DNA from: the human T2T-CHM13v2.0 reference genome, Homo sapiens | DNA: 64,000 nucleotides | Reading direction: 5' to 3' | Assembly (NCBI GenBank): GCA_009914755.4 | Contig: CP086569.2 | Location: forward strand, 29,856,001-29,920,000 | In this document: piece after piece, positions 24,876 through 38,593 of the stretch | Numbering within the stretch: position 1 is the first letter of the stretch | How the letters are laid out: the number at the start of each line of letters is the position of its first letter | Made by a program: the position numbers and the translations under genes | The notes under the pieces: generated by a model | Database searches by the model: none | What the model saw: only the letters and a program-made list of their open reading frames with translations | What the model was told of the DNA's origin: nothing

Positions 24876-27800
24876 ACGGTCTCGAATGGAATAAAAATGT
24901 ATGGAATGGAATGCAATGAAACGGAATCGAATGTCATAGAATGTAATGGAATGCAAAAAAATGGAATCCAAAATCATTGACTGGAAAGGCTGGGTGTCGA
25001 AAGGAATTGACTCCAATGGAATGGAATCGAATGGAATGGAAGTGAATAGAATCGAACTAAATCGAATGGAATGGAATTGATAGGAACGGAATGGAAAGGA
25101 ATGCAATGATTTGGCATGGAATGGAATCGAATGGCATCGAATGGAATGGAATGGAATGCAATGTAATGGAATGTATTAGAATGTAATGAACTTTAATGGA
25201 ATGTACTCGAATGGATTCGACTGGAATGGAATGTTCTGGAAGTGAATGGACTCCAATGGAATGGATTCAAAAGGAATGGAATCGTACGGAATGGAATCTA
25301 ATGGAATGGAATTAAATGGAAATGAATCAAATTGAATAGCACGGAATTGAATTGAATGGAATGGAATGCAATGGAATCTAATGAAACGGAAAGGAAAGGA
25401 ATGGAATGGAATGGAATGGGCTGGAATGGAAAGGAATCGAAACGAATGGAATGGAATCGAAGTGAAGAGACTGGAATGGAATGCACTGGAATGGAAGGGA
25501 GTGTAATGGAAGGTTCTCGAAAAAAATGGAATCGAATGGAATGGAATTGAATGGAACGGAATAGAGTCGAATGGAATTGAATGGAATGGAATGGACTAGA
25601 GTGAAATGGAATCGAACCACAAGGAATGGACAGGAATAGAATGGTCTCGAATTGAATGGAATCGTATGGAATGGCATCAAACGGAATGGAATGGACAGCC
25701 ACGGAATGGAATGCACTCGAATGCAATGGAGTCGAAACTAATGGACTGGAATAGAATGGACTCGACTGGTACGGACTCCAATGGAATGGAATCGAATGGA
25801 AGGGAATCGAACGGAATGGACTCGAAGGGAAAAGACTGCAATGGAAAGGTCTCGAATGGAATGGAAATTAATGGAATGGAATGGAATCGAATGAAATGGA
25901 GTCAAAAGGAATGGAATCGAATGGCAAGAAATCGAATGTAATGGAATCGCAAGGAATTGATGTGAACGGAACGGAATGGAATGGAATCCAAAGGAATGGA
26001 ATAGAATGGAATGGAATCGAATGGAAAGGACTCGAATGGAAATCACTCGAATAGAATGCAATTTAATAAAATAGGATCAAATGTAATGGAATGGAATGGA
26101 AAGGAATCGAAACGAAAGGAATGGAGACAGATGGAATGGAATGGAACAGAGAGCAATGGTATAGAATGGAATGGAATCATCTGGAATGGAATTGAATGGA
26201 ATGGAATAATATGAAATGGAATGGAATGGAATGGAATGGAATGCCCTTGAATTAAATGGACTGGACTCGAACAGAGTGGAATGGAAAGTGTTGAGATAGA
26301 ATGGAATGGACTCCTTTGGAATGGTCTAGTATGCAATGCAATCGACTAGCAGGGAATCAAAAGGAATGTAATGGAATGGATTGGACTGGAATGCAATGGA
26401 CTCGAATAGATTGGAAACGGAATGCAAAGGAATGGAATGGAATAGTATGGAATGGAATGGAAAGGAATGGAGTGGAATAGACTAGAGTGGAATGGAATGG
26501 ACTGGAAAGCAATAGACTGGAATGGAACATTCTAGAATGGACTGGAATCAAACGGAATGGAATGCAATGCAATCAAATGGCATGGAATAAAATAGAATGA
26601 AAGAGAATCAAATGGAATTGAATCGAATGGAATCGAATGGATTGGAAAGGAATAGAATGGAATGGAATGGAATTGACTCAAATGGAATGGACTAGAATGG
26701 AATGGATTCGAATGGAAGGCAAAGGAATGGAATCTATTGGAATGGACTGTAATGGAATGGAATGGAAAGGATTGGAATGGACTCGAATGGAATGGACTGC
26801 AATAGAAAGGATTCGAATGGAATGAAAAAGAATTGAATGGAATAGAACAGAATGGAATCAAATCGAATGAAATGGAATGGAATAGAAAGGAATGGAATGA
26901 AATGGAATGGAAAGGATTCGAATGGAATGTAATCGAATGGAATGGAATCGAACGGAATGGAATAAAATGGAAGAAAACTGGCAAGAAATGGAATCGAAAT
27001 GAATGGAGTGTTATGGAACGGACTCAAAAGGAATTGAATGTAATAGAATGGAGTGGAGTGGACTCGAATATAATGGACTGGAATGGAATGAAATCACATG
27101 GAATGGGAACGAATGGAATGGAATGGAAAGGAATGGAATCGAATGGAAAGGAATCGAATGGAAGGGAATGAAACTGAATCAACAGGAATGGAAGGGAATA
27201 GAATAGACGGTAATGGAATGGACTCGAATAGAATGGACACGAATGCTCAAATTGAATGGACTCGAATGGAATGGAAACGAAAGGAATGTCATCGAATGGA
27301 ATTGAATCGATTGGAATGAAATCGCATAGAATGGAGTGGAATCAAATGGAATTGAATCGAAAGGAAAGGAAGCGAATGGACTGAAATGAAATGGAATGGA
27401 ATTGAATGGAAAGTAATGCAATGGAATAGAATGGAACGAAATTTCACGGAATGGAATCAAACTGAATGGAATCAAATCAATGGAATCAAATCAAATGGAA
27501 TGGAAAGGAATTGAATGGAGTAGATGGGATTGGATGGGATTGGAATGAAATGTACTGGAAAGGACTCGAATTTCATGAAACGGAATGGAATGAATTGGAA
27601 CGGAATGGACTCGAATGGAATGGAATGTCATGGAATGGCATCAAATGGAATGGCATCAAATGGAATGGAATCGAATGCAATGGAATGCTATGGAATGGAA
27701 TGGAATGCATTGGAATGGAATGTCCTCTAATGGAATGGATTCGAGTGTAATGGAATCGAATATAATGGAGTCGAATGAAATGGAATTGAAAGGAATGGGA

Positions 27801-28399
27801 TCGAATACAATGGAATATACTGGAATGTAACGTAATGAACTCGAATGTAATTGACTGGAATGGAATGTACATGAATGGAATGTAATCGAATGGAAAGTAA
27901 TCCAATGGAATAGAATCTAATGCAATAAAATCGACTCAGATAGAGTAGAATGTAATGGAATGGAGTGCAGTGCAATGGAATGGAATGGAATGGAATGCAA
28001 TGGAATGGAATGGGATGGAATGGTATGGAATGGATAGTAATGGACTGGAGTGAAATGGACTGGAAAGGAATGGACTCAAATTGAAAGGGCTCGAAAGGAA
28101 TGGAGACAAATGGAATGGTCTGGAATGGAATGAACACGAATGTAATGCAATCCAATAGAATGGAGTCGAATGGCATGGAATATAAAGAAATGGAATCGAA
28201 GAGAATGGAAACAAATGGAATGGAATTGAATGGAATGGAATTGAATGGAATGGGAACGAATGGAGTGAAATTGTATGCAGTAGAAGAGAATAGAATGGAA
28301 TGCAAGCGAAAGGAAAGGAATGGATTGGAATGGAATGGAATTCATTGGAATGGAAGGGAATGTAGTGTAATGGACAGGCCTGGAATAAAGTGGAATGCT
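24876..28399 (+). repeat. HOR copy 8 (3524 bp), of the copies 6-8 type; shorter because of a contracted pure-pentamer tract
   Basis: HSE-B variant gaacattctagaa at 26525-26537. Short (ggaat) runs at ~27981-28025. Confidence 0.9.
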
Positions 28400-31300
28400 A
28401 CGGTCTCGAATGGAATAAAAATGTATGGAATGGAATGCAATGAAACGGAATCGAATGTCATAGAATGTAATGGAATGCAAAAAAATGGAATCCAAAATCA
28501 TTGACTGGAAAGGCTGGGTGTCGAAAGGAATTGACTCCAATGGAATGGAATCGAATGGAATGGAAGTGAATAGAATCGAACTAAATCGAATGGAATGGAA
28601 TTGATAGGAACGGAATGGAAAGGAATGCAATGATTTGGCATGGAATGGAATCGAATGGCATCGAATGGAATGGAATGGAATGCAATGGAATGGAATGTAT
28701 TAGAATATAATGAACTTTAATGGAATGTACTCGAATGGATTCGACTGGAATGGAATGCTCTGGAAGTGAATGGACTCCAATGGAATGGATTCAAAAGGAA
28801 TGGAATCGTACGGAATGGAATCTAATGGAATGGAATTAAATGGAAATGAATCAAATTGAATAGGACGGAATTGAATTGAATGGAATCGAATGCAATGGAA
28901 TCTAATGAAACGGAAAGGAAAGGAATGGAATGGAATGGAATGGGCTGGAATGGAAAGGAATCGAAACGAATGGAATGGAATCGAACTGAAGAGACTGGAA
29001 TGGAATGCACTGGAATGGAAGGGAGTGTAATGAAAGGTTCTCGAAAAAAATGGAATCGAATGGAATGGAATTGAATGGAACGGAATAGAGTCGAATGGAA
29101 TTGAATGGAATGGAATGGACTAGAGTGAAATGGAATCGAACCACAAGGAATGGACAGGAATAGAATGGTCTCGAATTGAATGGAATCGTATGGAATGGCA
29201 TCAAACGGAATGGAATGGACAGCCACGGAATGGAATGCACTCGAATGCAATGGAGTCGAAACTAATGGACTGGAATAGAATGGACTCGACTGGTACGGAC
29301 TCCAATGGAATGGAATCGAATGGAAGGGAATCGAACGGAATGGACTCGAAGGGAAAAGACTGCAATGGAAAGGTCTCGAATGGAATGGAAATTAATGGAA
29401 TGGAATGGAATCGAATGAAATGGAGTCAAAAGGAATGGAATCGAATGGCAAGAAATCGAATGTAATGGAATCGCAAGGAATTGATGTGAACGGAACGGAA
29501 TGGAATGGAATCCAAAGGAATGGAATAGAATGGAATGGAATCGAATGGAAAGGACTCGAATGGAAATCACTCGAATAGAATGCAATTTAATAAAATAGGA
29601 TCAAATGTAATGGAATGGAATGGAAAGGAATCGAAACGAAAGGAATGGAGACAGATGGAATGGAATGGAACAGAGAGCAATGGTATAGAATGGAATGGAA
29701 TCATCTGGAATGGAATTGAATGGAATGGAATAATATGAAATCGAATGAAATGGAATGGAACGGAATGCCCTTGAATTAAATGGACTGGAATGGAATGGAC
29801 TCAAACAGAGTGGAATGGAAAGTGTGGAGATAGAATGGAATGAACTCCTTTGGAATGGTGTAGTATGCAATGCAATCGACTGGCAGGGAATCAAAAGGAA
29901 TGTAATCGAATGGATTGGACTGGAATGCAATGGACTCGAATAGATTGGAAACGGAATGCAAAGGAATGGAATGGAATAGTGTGGAATGCAATGGAAGGGA
30001 ATGGAGTGGAATAGACTAGAGTGGAATGGAATGGACTGGAAAGCAATGGACTGGAATGGAACTTTCTTGGATGGACTGGAATCAAACGGAATGGAATGCA
30101 ATGCAATCAAATGGCATGGAATAAAATAGAATGAAAGAGAATCAAATGGAATTGAATCGAATGGAATCGAATGGATTGGAAAGGAATAGAATGGAATGGA
30201 ATGGAATTGACTCAAATGGAATGGACTAGAATGGAATGGATTCGAATGGAAGGCAAAGGAATGGAATCTATTGGAATGGACTGTAATGGAATGGAATGGA
30301 AGGGATTGGAATGGACTCGAATGGAATGGACTGCAATAGAAAGGATTCGAATGGAATGAAAAATAATTGAATGGAATAGAACAGAATGGAATCAAATCGA
30401 ATGAAATGGAATGGAATAGAAAGGAATGGAATGAAATGGAATGGAAAGGATTCGAATGGAATGCAATCGAATGGAATGGAATCGAACGGAATGGAATATA
30501 ATGGAAGAAAACTGGCAAGAAATGGAATCGAAATGAATGGAGTGTTATGGAACGGACTCAAAAGGAATTGAATGTAATAGAATGGAGTGGAGTGGACTCG
30601 AATATAATGGACTGGAATGGAATGAAATCACATGGAATGGGAACGAATGGAATGGAATGGAAAGGAATGGAATCGAATGGAAAGGAATCGAATGGAAGGG
30701 AATGAAATTGAATCAACAGGAATGGAAGGGTATAGAATAGACTGTAATGGAATGGACTCGAATAGAATGGACACGAATGCTCAAATTAAATGGACTCGAA
30801 TGGAATGGAAACGAAAGGAATGTCATCGAATGGAATTGAATCGATTGGAATGAAATCGCATAGAATGGAGTGGAATCAAATGGAATTGAATCGAAAGGAA
30901 AGGAAGCGAATGGACTGAAATGAAATGGAATGGAATTGAATGGAAAGAAATGCAATGGAATAGAATGGAACGAAATTTCACGGAATGGAATCAAACTGAA
31001 TGGAATCAAATCAATGGAATCAAATCAAATGGAATGGAAAGGAATTGAATGGAGTAGATGGGATTGGATGGGATTGGAATGAAATGTACTGGAAAGGACT
31101 CGAATTTCATGAAACGGAATGGAATGAATTGGAACGGAATGGACTCGAATGGAATGGAATGTCATGGGATGGCATCAAATGGAATGGCATCAAATGGAAT
31201 GGAATCGAATGCAATGGAATGCTATGGAATGGAATGGAATGCATTGGAATGGAATGTCCTCTAATGGAATGGATTCGAGTGGAATGGAATTGAATATAAT

Positions 31301-31932
31301 GGAGTCGAATGAAATGGAATTGAAAGGAATGGGATCGAATACAATGGAATATACTGGAATGTAACGTAATGAACTCGAATGTAATTGACTGGAATGGAAT
31401 GTACATGAATGGAATGTAATCGAATGGAAAGTAATCCAATGGAATAGAATCTAATGCAATAAAATCGACTCAGATAGAGTAGAATGTAATGGAATGGAGT
31501 GCAGTGCAATGGAATGGAATGGAATGGAATGCAATGGAATGGAATGGGATGGAATGGTATGGAATGGATAGTAATGGACTGGAGTGAACTGGACTGGAAA
31601 GGAATGGACTGAAATTGAAAGGGCTCGAAAGGAATGGAGACAAATGGAATGGTCTGGAATGGAATGAACACGAATGTAATGCAATCCAATAGAATGGAGT
31701 CGAATGGCATGGAATATAAAGAAATGGAATCGAAGAGAATGGAAACAAATGGAATGGAATTGAATGGAATGGAATTGAATGGAATGGGAACGAATGGAGT
31801 GAAATTGTATGCAGTAGAAGAGAATAGAATGGAATGCAAGCGAAAGGAAAGAATGGATTGGAATGGAATGGAATTCATTGGAATGGAAGGGAATGTAGTG
31901 TAATGGACAGGCCTGGAATAAAGTGGAATGCT
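28400..31932 (+). repeat. HOR copy 9 (3533 bp); a recombinant copy whose 5' part matches copies 2/4/17 (10-bp insertion, ctcaaacag) and whose 3' part matches copies 6-8
   Basis: Insertion variant at ~29781-29810. gagacaaatgg at ~31634. Confidence 0.85.
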
Positions 31933-34900
31933 ACGGTCTCGAATGGAATAAAAATGTATGGAATGGAATGCAATGAAACGGAATCGAATGTCATAGAATG
32001 TAATGGAATGCAAAAAACTGGAATCCAAAATCATTGACTGGAAAGGCTGGGTGTCGAAAGGAATTGACTCCAATGGTATGGAATCGAATGGAATGGAAGT
32101 GAATAGAATCGAACTAAATCGAATGGAATGGAATTGATAGGAACGGAACGGAAAGGAATGCAATGATTTGGCATGGAATGGAATCGAACGGCATCGAATG
32201 GAATGGAATGGAATGCAAAGGAATGGAATGTATTAGAATGTAATGAACTTTAATGGAATGTACTCGAATGGATTCGACTGGAATGGAATGTTCTGGAAGT
32301 GAATGGACTCCAATGGAATGGATTCAAAAGGAATGGAATCGTACGGAATGGAATGTAATGGAATGGAATTAAATGGAAATGAATCAAATTGAATAGCACG
32401 GAATTGAATTGAATGGAATCGAATGCAATGGAATCTAATGAAACGGAAAGGAAAGGAATGGAATGGAATAGAATGGGATGGAATGGAAAGGAATCGAAAC
32501 GAATGGAATGGAATCGAAGTGAAGAGACTGGAATGGAATGCACTGGAATGGAAGGGAGTGTAATGGAAGGTTCTCGAAAAAAATGGAATCGAATGGAATG
32601 GAATTGAATGGAACGGAATAGAGTCGAATGGAATTGAATGGAATGGAATGGACTAGAGTGAAATGGAATCGAACCACAAGGAATGGACAGGAATAGAATG
32701 GTCTCGAATTGAATGGAATCGTATGGAATGGCATCAAACGGAATGGAATGGACAGCCACGGAATGGAATGCACTCGAATGCAATGGAGTCGAAACTAATG
32801 GACTGGAATAGAATGGACTCGACTGGTACGGACTCCAATGGAATGGAATCGAATGGAAGGGAATCGAACGGAATGGACTCGAAGGGAAAAGACTGCAATG
32901 GAAAGGTCTCGAATGGAATGGAAATTAATGGAATGGAATGGAATCGAATGAAATGGAGTCAAAAGGAATGGAATCGAATGGCAAGAAATCGAATGTAATG
33001 GAATCGCAAGGAATTGATGTGAACGGAACGGAATGGAATGGAATCCAAAGGAATGGAATAGAATGGAATGGAATCGAATGGAAAGGACTCGAATGGAAAT
33101 CACTCGAATAGAATGCAATTTAATAAAATAGGATCAAATGTAATGGAATGGAATGGAAAGGAATCGAAACGAAAGGAATGGAGAGAGATGGAATGGAATG
33201 GAACAGAGAGCAATGGTATAGAATGGAATGGAATCATCTGGAATGGAATTGAATGGAATGGAATAATATGAAATGGAATGGAATGGAATGGAATGGAATG
33301 CCCTTGAATTAAATGGACTGGACTCGAACAGAGTGGAATGGAAAGTGTTGAGATAGAATGGAATGGACTCCTTTGGAATGGTCTAGTATGCAATGCAATC
33401 GACTGGCAGGGAACCAAAAGGAATGTAATGGAATGGATTGGAGTGGAATGCAATGGACTCGAATAGATTGGAAACGGAATGCAAAGGAATGGAATGGAAT
33501 AGTATGGAATGGAAAGAAATGGAATGGAAAGGATTCGAATGGAATGCAATCGAATGGAATGGAATCGAACGGAATGGAATAAAATGGAAGAAAACTGGCA
33601 AGAAATGGAATCGAAATGAATGGAGTGTTATGGAAGGGACTCAAAAGGAATTGAATGTAATAGAATGGAGTGGAGTGGACTCGAATATAATGGACTGGAA
33701 TGGAATGAAATCACATGGAATGGGAACGAATGGAATGGAATGGAAAGGAATGGAATCGAATGGAAAGGAATCGAATGGAAGGGAATGAAATTGAATCAAC
33801 AGGAATGGAAGGGAATAGAATAGACTGTAATGGAATGGACTCGAATAGAATGGACACGAATGCTCAAATTAAATGGACTCGAATGGAATGGAAACGAAAG
33901 GAATGTCATCGAATGGAATTGAATCGATTGGAATGAAATCGCATAGAATGGAGTGGAATCAAATGGAATTGAATCGAAAGGAAAGGAAGCGAATGGACTG
34001 AAATGAAATGGAATGGAATTGAATGGAAACTAATGCAATGGAATAGAATGGAACGAAATTTCACGGAATGGAATCAAACTGAATGGAATCAAATCAATGG
34101 AATCAAATCAAATGGAATGGAAAGGAATTGAATGGAGTAGATTGGATTGGATGGGATTGGAATGAAATGTACTGGAAAGGACTCGAATTTCATGAAACGG
34201 AATGGAATGAATTGGAACGGAATGGACTCGAATGGAATGGAATGTCATGGAATGGCATCAAATGGAATGGCATCAAATGGAATGGAATCGAATGCAATGG
34301 AATGCTATGGAATGGAATGGAATGCATTGGAATGGAATGTCCTCTAATGGAATGGATTCGAGTGGAATGGAATCGAATATAATGGAGTCGAATGAAATGG
34401 AATTGAAAGGAATGGGATCGAATACAATGGAATATACTGGAATGTAACGTAATGAACTCGAATGTAATTGACTGGAATGGAATGTACATGAATGGAATGT
34501 AATCGAATGGAAAGTAATCCAATGGAATAGAATCTAATGCAATAAAATCGACTCAGATAGAGTAGAATGTAATGGAATGGAGTGCAGTGCAATGGAATGG
34601 AATGGAATGGAATGCAATGGAATGGAATGGAATGGAATGGAATGGAATGGAATGGGATGGAATGGTATGGAATGGATAGTAATGGACTGGAGTGAAATGG
34701 ACTGGAAATGAATGGACTCAAATTGAAAGGGCTCGAAAGGAATGGAGTCAAAAGGAATGGTCTGGAATGGAATGAACACGAATGTAATGCAATCCAAAAG
34801 AATGGAATCGAATGGCATGGAATATAAAGAAATGGAATCGAAGAGAATGGAAACAAATGGAATGGAATTGAATGGAATGGAATTGAATGGAATGGGAACG

Positions 34901-35040
34901 AATGGAGTGAAATTGTATGCAGTAGAAGGGAATAGCATGGAATGCAAGCGAAAGGAAAGAATGGATTGGAATGGAATGGAATTCATTGGAATGGAAGGGA
35001 ATGTAGTGTAATGGGCAGGCCTGGAATAAAGTGGAATGCT
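31933..35040 (+). repeat. HOR copy 10 (3108 bp), truncated by an internal deletion of about 447 bp
   Basis: Spacing is 3108 bp against ~3555 bp elsewhere. Sequence jumps from ...aatagtatggaatggaaag straight to aaatggaatggaaaggattcgaatgg at ~33505-33525. Confidence 0.9.
33505..33525 (+). other. Deletion junction inside HOR copy 10; about 447 bp of the unit is missing, apparently lost between tggaatggaaagga-type microhomologies
   Basis: Compare copy 9: the sequence between ~29985 (agtgtggaatgcaatggaaggg...) and ~30445 (...gaaatggaatggaaaggattcg) has no counterpart here. Confidence 0.8.
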
Positions 35041-38000
35041 ACGGTCTCGAATGGAATAAAAATGTATGGAATGGAATGCAATGAAACGGAATCGAATGTC
35101 ATAGAATGTAATGGAATGCAAAAAAATGGAATCCAAAATCATTGACTGGAAAGGCTGGGTGTCGAAAGGAATTGACTCCAATGGAATGGAATCGAATGGA
35201 ATGGAAGTGAATAGAATCGAACTAAATCGAATGGAATGGAATTGATAGGAACGGAATGGAAAGGAATGCAATGATTTGGCATGGAATGGAATCGAATGGC
35301 ATCGAATGGAATGGAATGGAATGCAATGGAATGGAATGTATTAGAATGTAATGAACATTAATGGAATGTAATCGAATGGATTCGACTGGAATGGAATGTT
35401 CTGGAAGTGAATGGACTCCAATGGAATGGATTCGAAAGGAATGGAATCGAACAGAATGGAATCTAATGGAATGGAATTAAATGGAAATGAATCAAATTGA
35501 ATAGCACGGAATTGAATTGAATTGAATGGAATCGAATGCAATGGAATCTAATGAAACGGAAAGGAAAGGAATGGAATGGAATGGAATGGGCTGGAATGGA
35601 AAGGAATCGAAACGAATGGAATGGAATCGAACTGAAGAGACTGGAATGGAATGCACTGGAATGGAAGGGAGTGTAATGGAAGGTTCTCGAAAATAATGGA
35701 ATCGAATGGAATGGAATTGAATGGAACGGAATAGAGTCGAATGGAATTGAATGGAATGGAATGGACTAGAGTGAAATGGAATCGAACCACAAGGAATGGA
35801 CTGGAATAGAATGGTCTCGAATTGAATGGAATCGTATGGAATGGCATCAAACGGAATGGAATGGACAGCCACGGAATGGAATGCACTCGAATGCAATGGA
35901 GTCGAAACTTATGGACTGGAATAGAATTGACTCGACTCTACGGACTCCAATGGAATGGAATCGAATGGAAGGGATTCGAACGGAATGGACTCGAAGGGAA
36001 AAGACTGCAATGGAAAGGTCTCGAATGGAATGGAAATTAATGGAATGGAATGGAATCGAATGAAATGGAGTCAAAAGGAATGGAATCGAATGGCAAGAAA
36101 TCGAATGTAATGGAATCGCAAGGAATTGATGTGAACGGAACGGAATGGAATGGAATCCAAAGGAATGGAATAGAATGGAATGGAATCGAATGGAAAGGAC
36201 TCGAATGGAAATCACTCGAATGGAATGAAATTTAATAAAATAGGATCAAATGTAATTGAATGGAATGGAAAGGAATCGAAACGAAAGTAATGGAGACAGA
36301 TGGAATGGAATGGAACAGAGAGCAATGGTATAGAATGGAATGGAATCATCTGGAATGGAATTGAATGGAATGGAATAATATGAAATGGAATGGAATGGAA
36401 TGGAATGGAATGCCCTTGAATTAAATGGACTGGAATGGAATGGACTCGAACAGAGTGGAATGGAAAGTGTTGAGATAGAATGGAATGGACTCTTTTAGAA
36501 TGGTCTAGTATGCAATGCAATCGACTGGCAGGGAATCAAAAGGAATGTAATCGAATGGATTGGACTGGAATGCAATGGACTCGAATAGATTGGAAACGGA
36601 ATGCAAAGGAATGGAATGGAATAGTATGGAATGGAATGGAAAGGAATGGAGTGGAATAGACTAGAGTGGAATGGAATGGACTGGAAAGCAATGGACTGGA
36701 ATGGAACTTTCTTGAATGGACTGGAATCAAACGGAATGGAATGCAATGCAATCAAATGGCATGGAATAAAATAGAATGAAAGAGAATCAAATGGAATTGA
36801 ATCGAATGGAATCGAATGGATTGGAAAGGAATAGAATGGAATGGAATGGAATTGACTCAAATGGAATGGACTAGAATGGAATGGATTCGAATGGAAGGCA
36901 AAGGAATGGAATCTATTGGAATGGACAGTAATGGAATGGAATGGAAGGGATTGGAATGGACTCGAATGGAATGGACTGCAATAGAAAGGATTCGAATGGA
37001 ATGAAAAAGAATTGAATGGAATAGAACAGAATGGAATCAAATCGAATGAAATGGAATGGAATAGAAAGGAATGGAATGAAATGGAATGGAAAGGATTCGA
37101 ATGGAATGCAATCGAATGGAATGGAATCGAACGGAATGGAATAAAATGGAAGAAAACTGGCAAGAAATGGAATCGAAATGAATGGAGTGTTATGGAACGG
37201 ACTCAAAAGGAATTGAATGTAATAGAATGGAGTGGAGTGGACTCGAATATAATGAACTGGAATGGAATGAAATCACATGGAATGGGAACGAATGGAATGG
37301 AATGGAAAGGAATGGAATCGAATGGAAAGGAATCGAATGGAAGGGAATGAAATTGAATCAACAGGAATGGAAGGGAATAGAATAGACGGTAATGGAATGG
37401 ACTCGAATAGAATGGACACGAATGCTCAAATTGAATGGACTCGAATGGAATGGAAACGAAAGGAATGTCATCGAATGGAATTGAATCGATTGGAATGAAA
37501 TCGCATAGAATGGAGTGGAATCAAATGGAATTGAATCGAAAGGAAAGGAAGCGAATGGACTGAAATGAAATGGAATGGAATTGAATGGAAAGTAATGCAA
37601 TGGAATAGAATGGAACGAAATTTCACGGAATGGAATCAAACTGAATGGAATCAAATCAATGGAATCAAATCAAATGGAATGGAAAGGAATTGAATGGAGT
37701 AGATTGGATTGGATGGGATTGGAATGAAATGTACTGGAAAGGACTCGAATTTCATGAAACGGAATGGAATGAATTGGAACGGAATGGACTCGAATGGAAT
37801 GGAATGTCATGGAATGGCATCAAATGGAATGGAATCGAATGCAATGGAATGCTATGGAATGGAATGGAATGCATTGGAATGGAATGTCCTCTAATGGAAT
37901 GGATTCGAGTGGAATGGAATCGAATATAATGGAGTCGAATGAAATGGAATTGAAAGGAATGGGATAGAATACAATGGAATATACTGGAATGTAATGTAAT

Positions 38001-38593
38001 GAACTCGAATGTAATTGACTGGAATGGAATGTACATGAATGGAATGTAATCGAATGGAAAGTAATCCAATGGAATAGAATCTAATGCAATAAAATCGACT
38101 CAGATAGAGTAGAATGTAATGGAATGGAGTGCAGTGCAATGGAATGGAGTGGAATGGAATGCAATGGAATGGAATGGAATGGAATGGAATGGAATGGAAT
38201 GGAATGGGATGGAATGGTATGGAATGGATAGTAATGGACTGGAATGAAATGGACTGGAAAAGAATGGACTCAAATTGAAAGGGCTCGAAAGGAATGGAGA
38301 CAAATGGAATGGTCTGGAATGGAATGAACACGAATGTAATGCTATCCAATAGAATGGAATCGAATGGCATGGAATATAAAGAAATGGAATCGAAGAGAAT
38401 GGAAACAAATGGAATGGAATTGAATGGAATGGAATTGAATGGAATGGGAATGAATGGAGTGAAATTGTATGCAGTAGAAGAGAATAGAATGGAATGCAAG
38501 CGAAAGGAAAGGAATGGATTGCAATGGAATGGAATTCATTGGAATGGAAGGGAATGTAGTGTAATGGACAGGCCTGGAATAAAGTGGAATGCT
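35041..38593 (+). repeat. HOR copy 11 (3553 bp); first of the copies 11-16 haplotype block
   Basis: Shares aacattaatgg, aacttatgg, gggattcgaacgg (1-bp deletion) and cgaacagaatgg. Has a private gactcgactctacgg at ~35925-35945. Confidence 0.9.
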
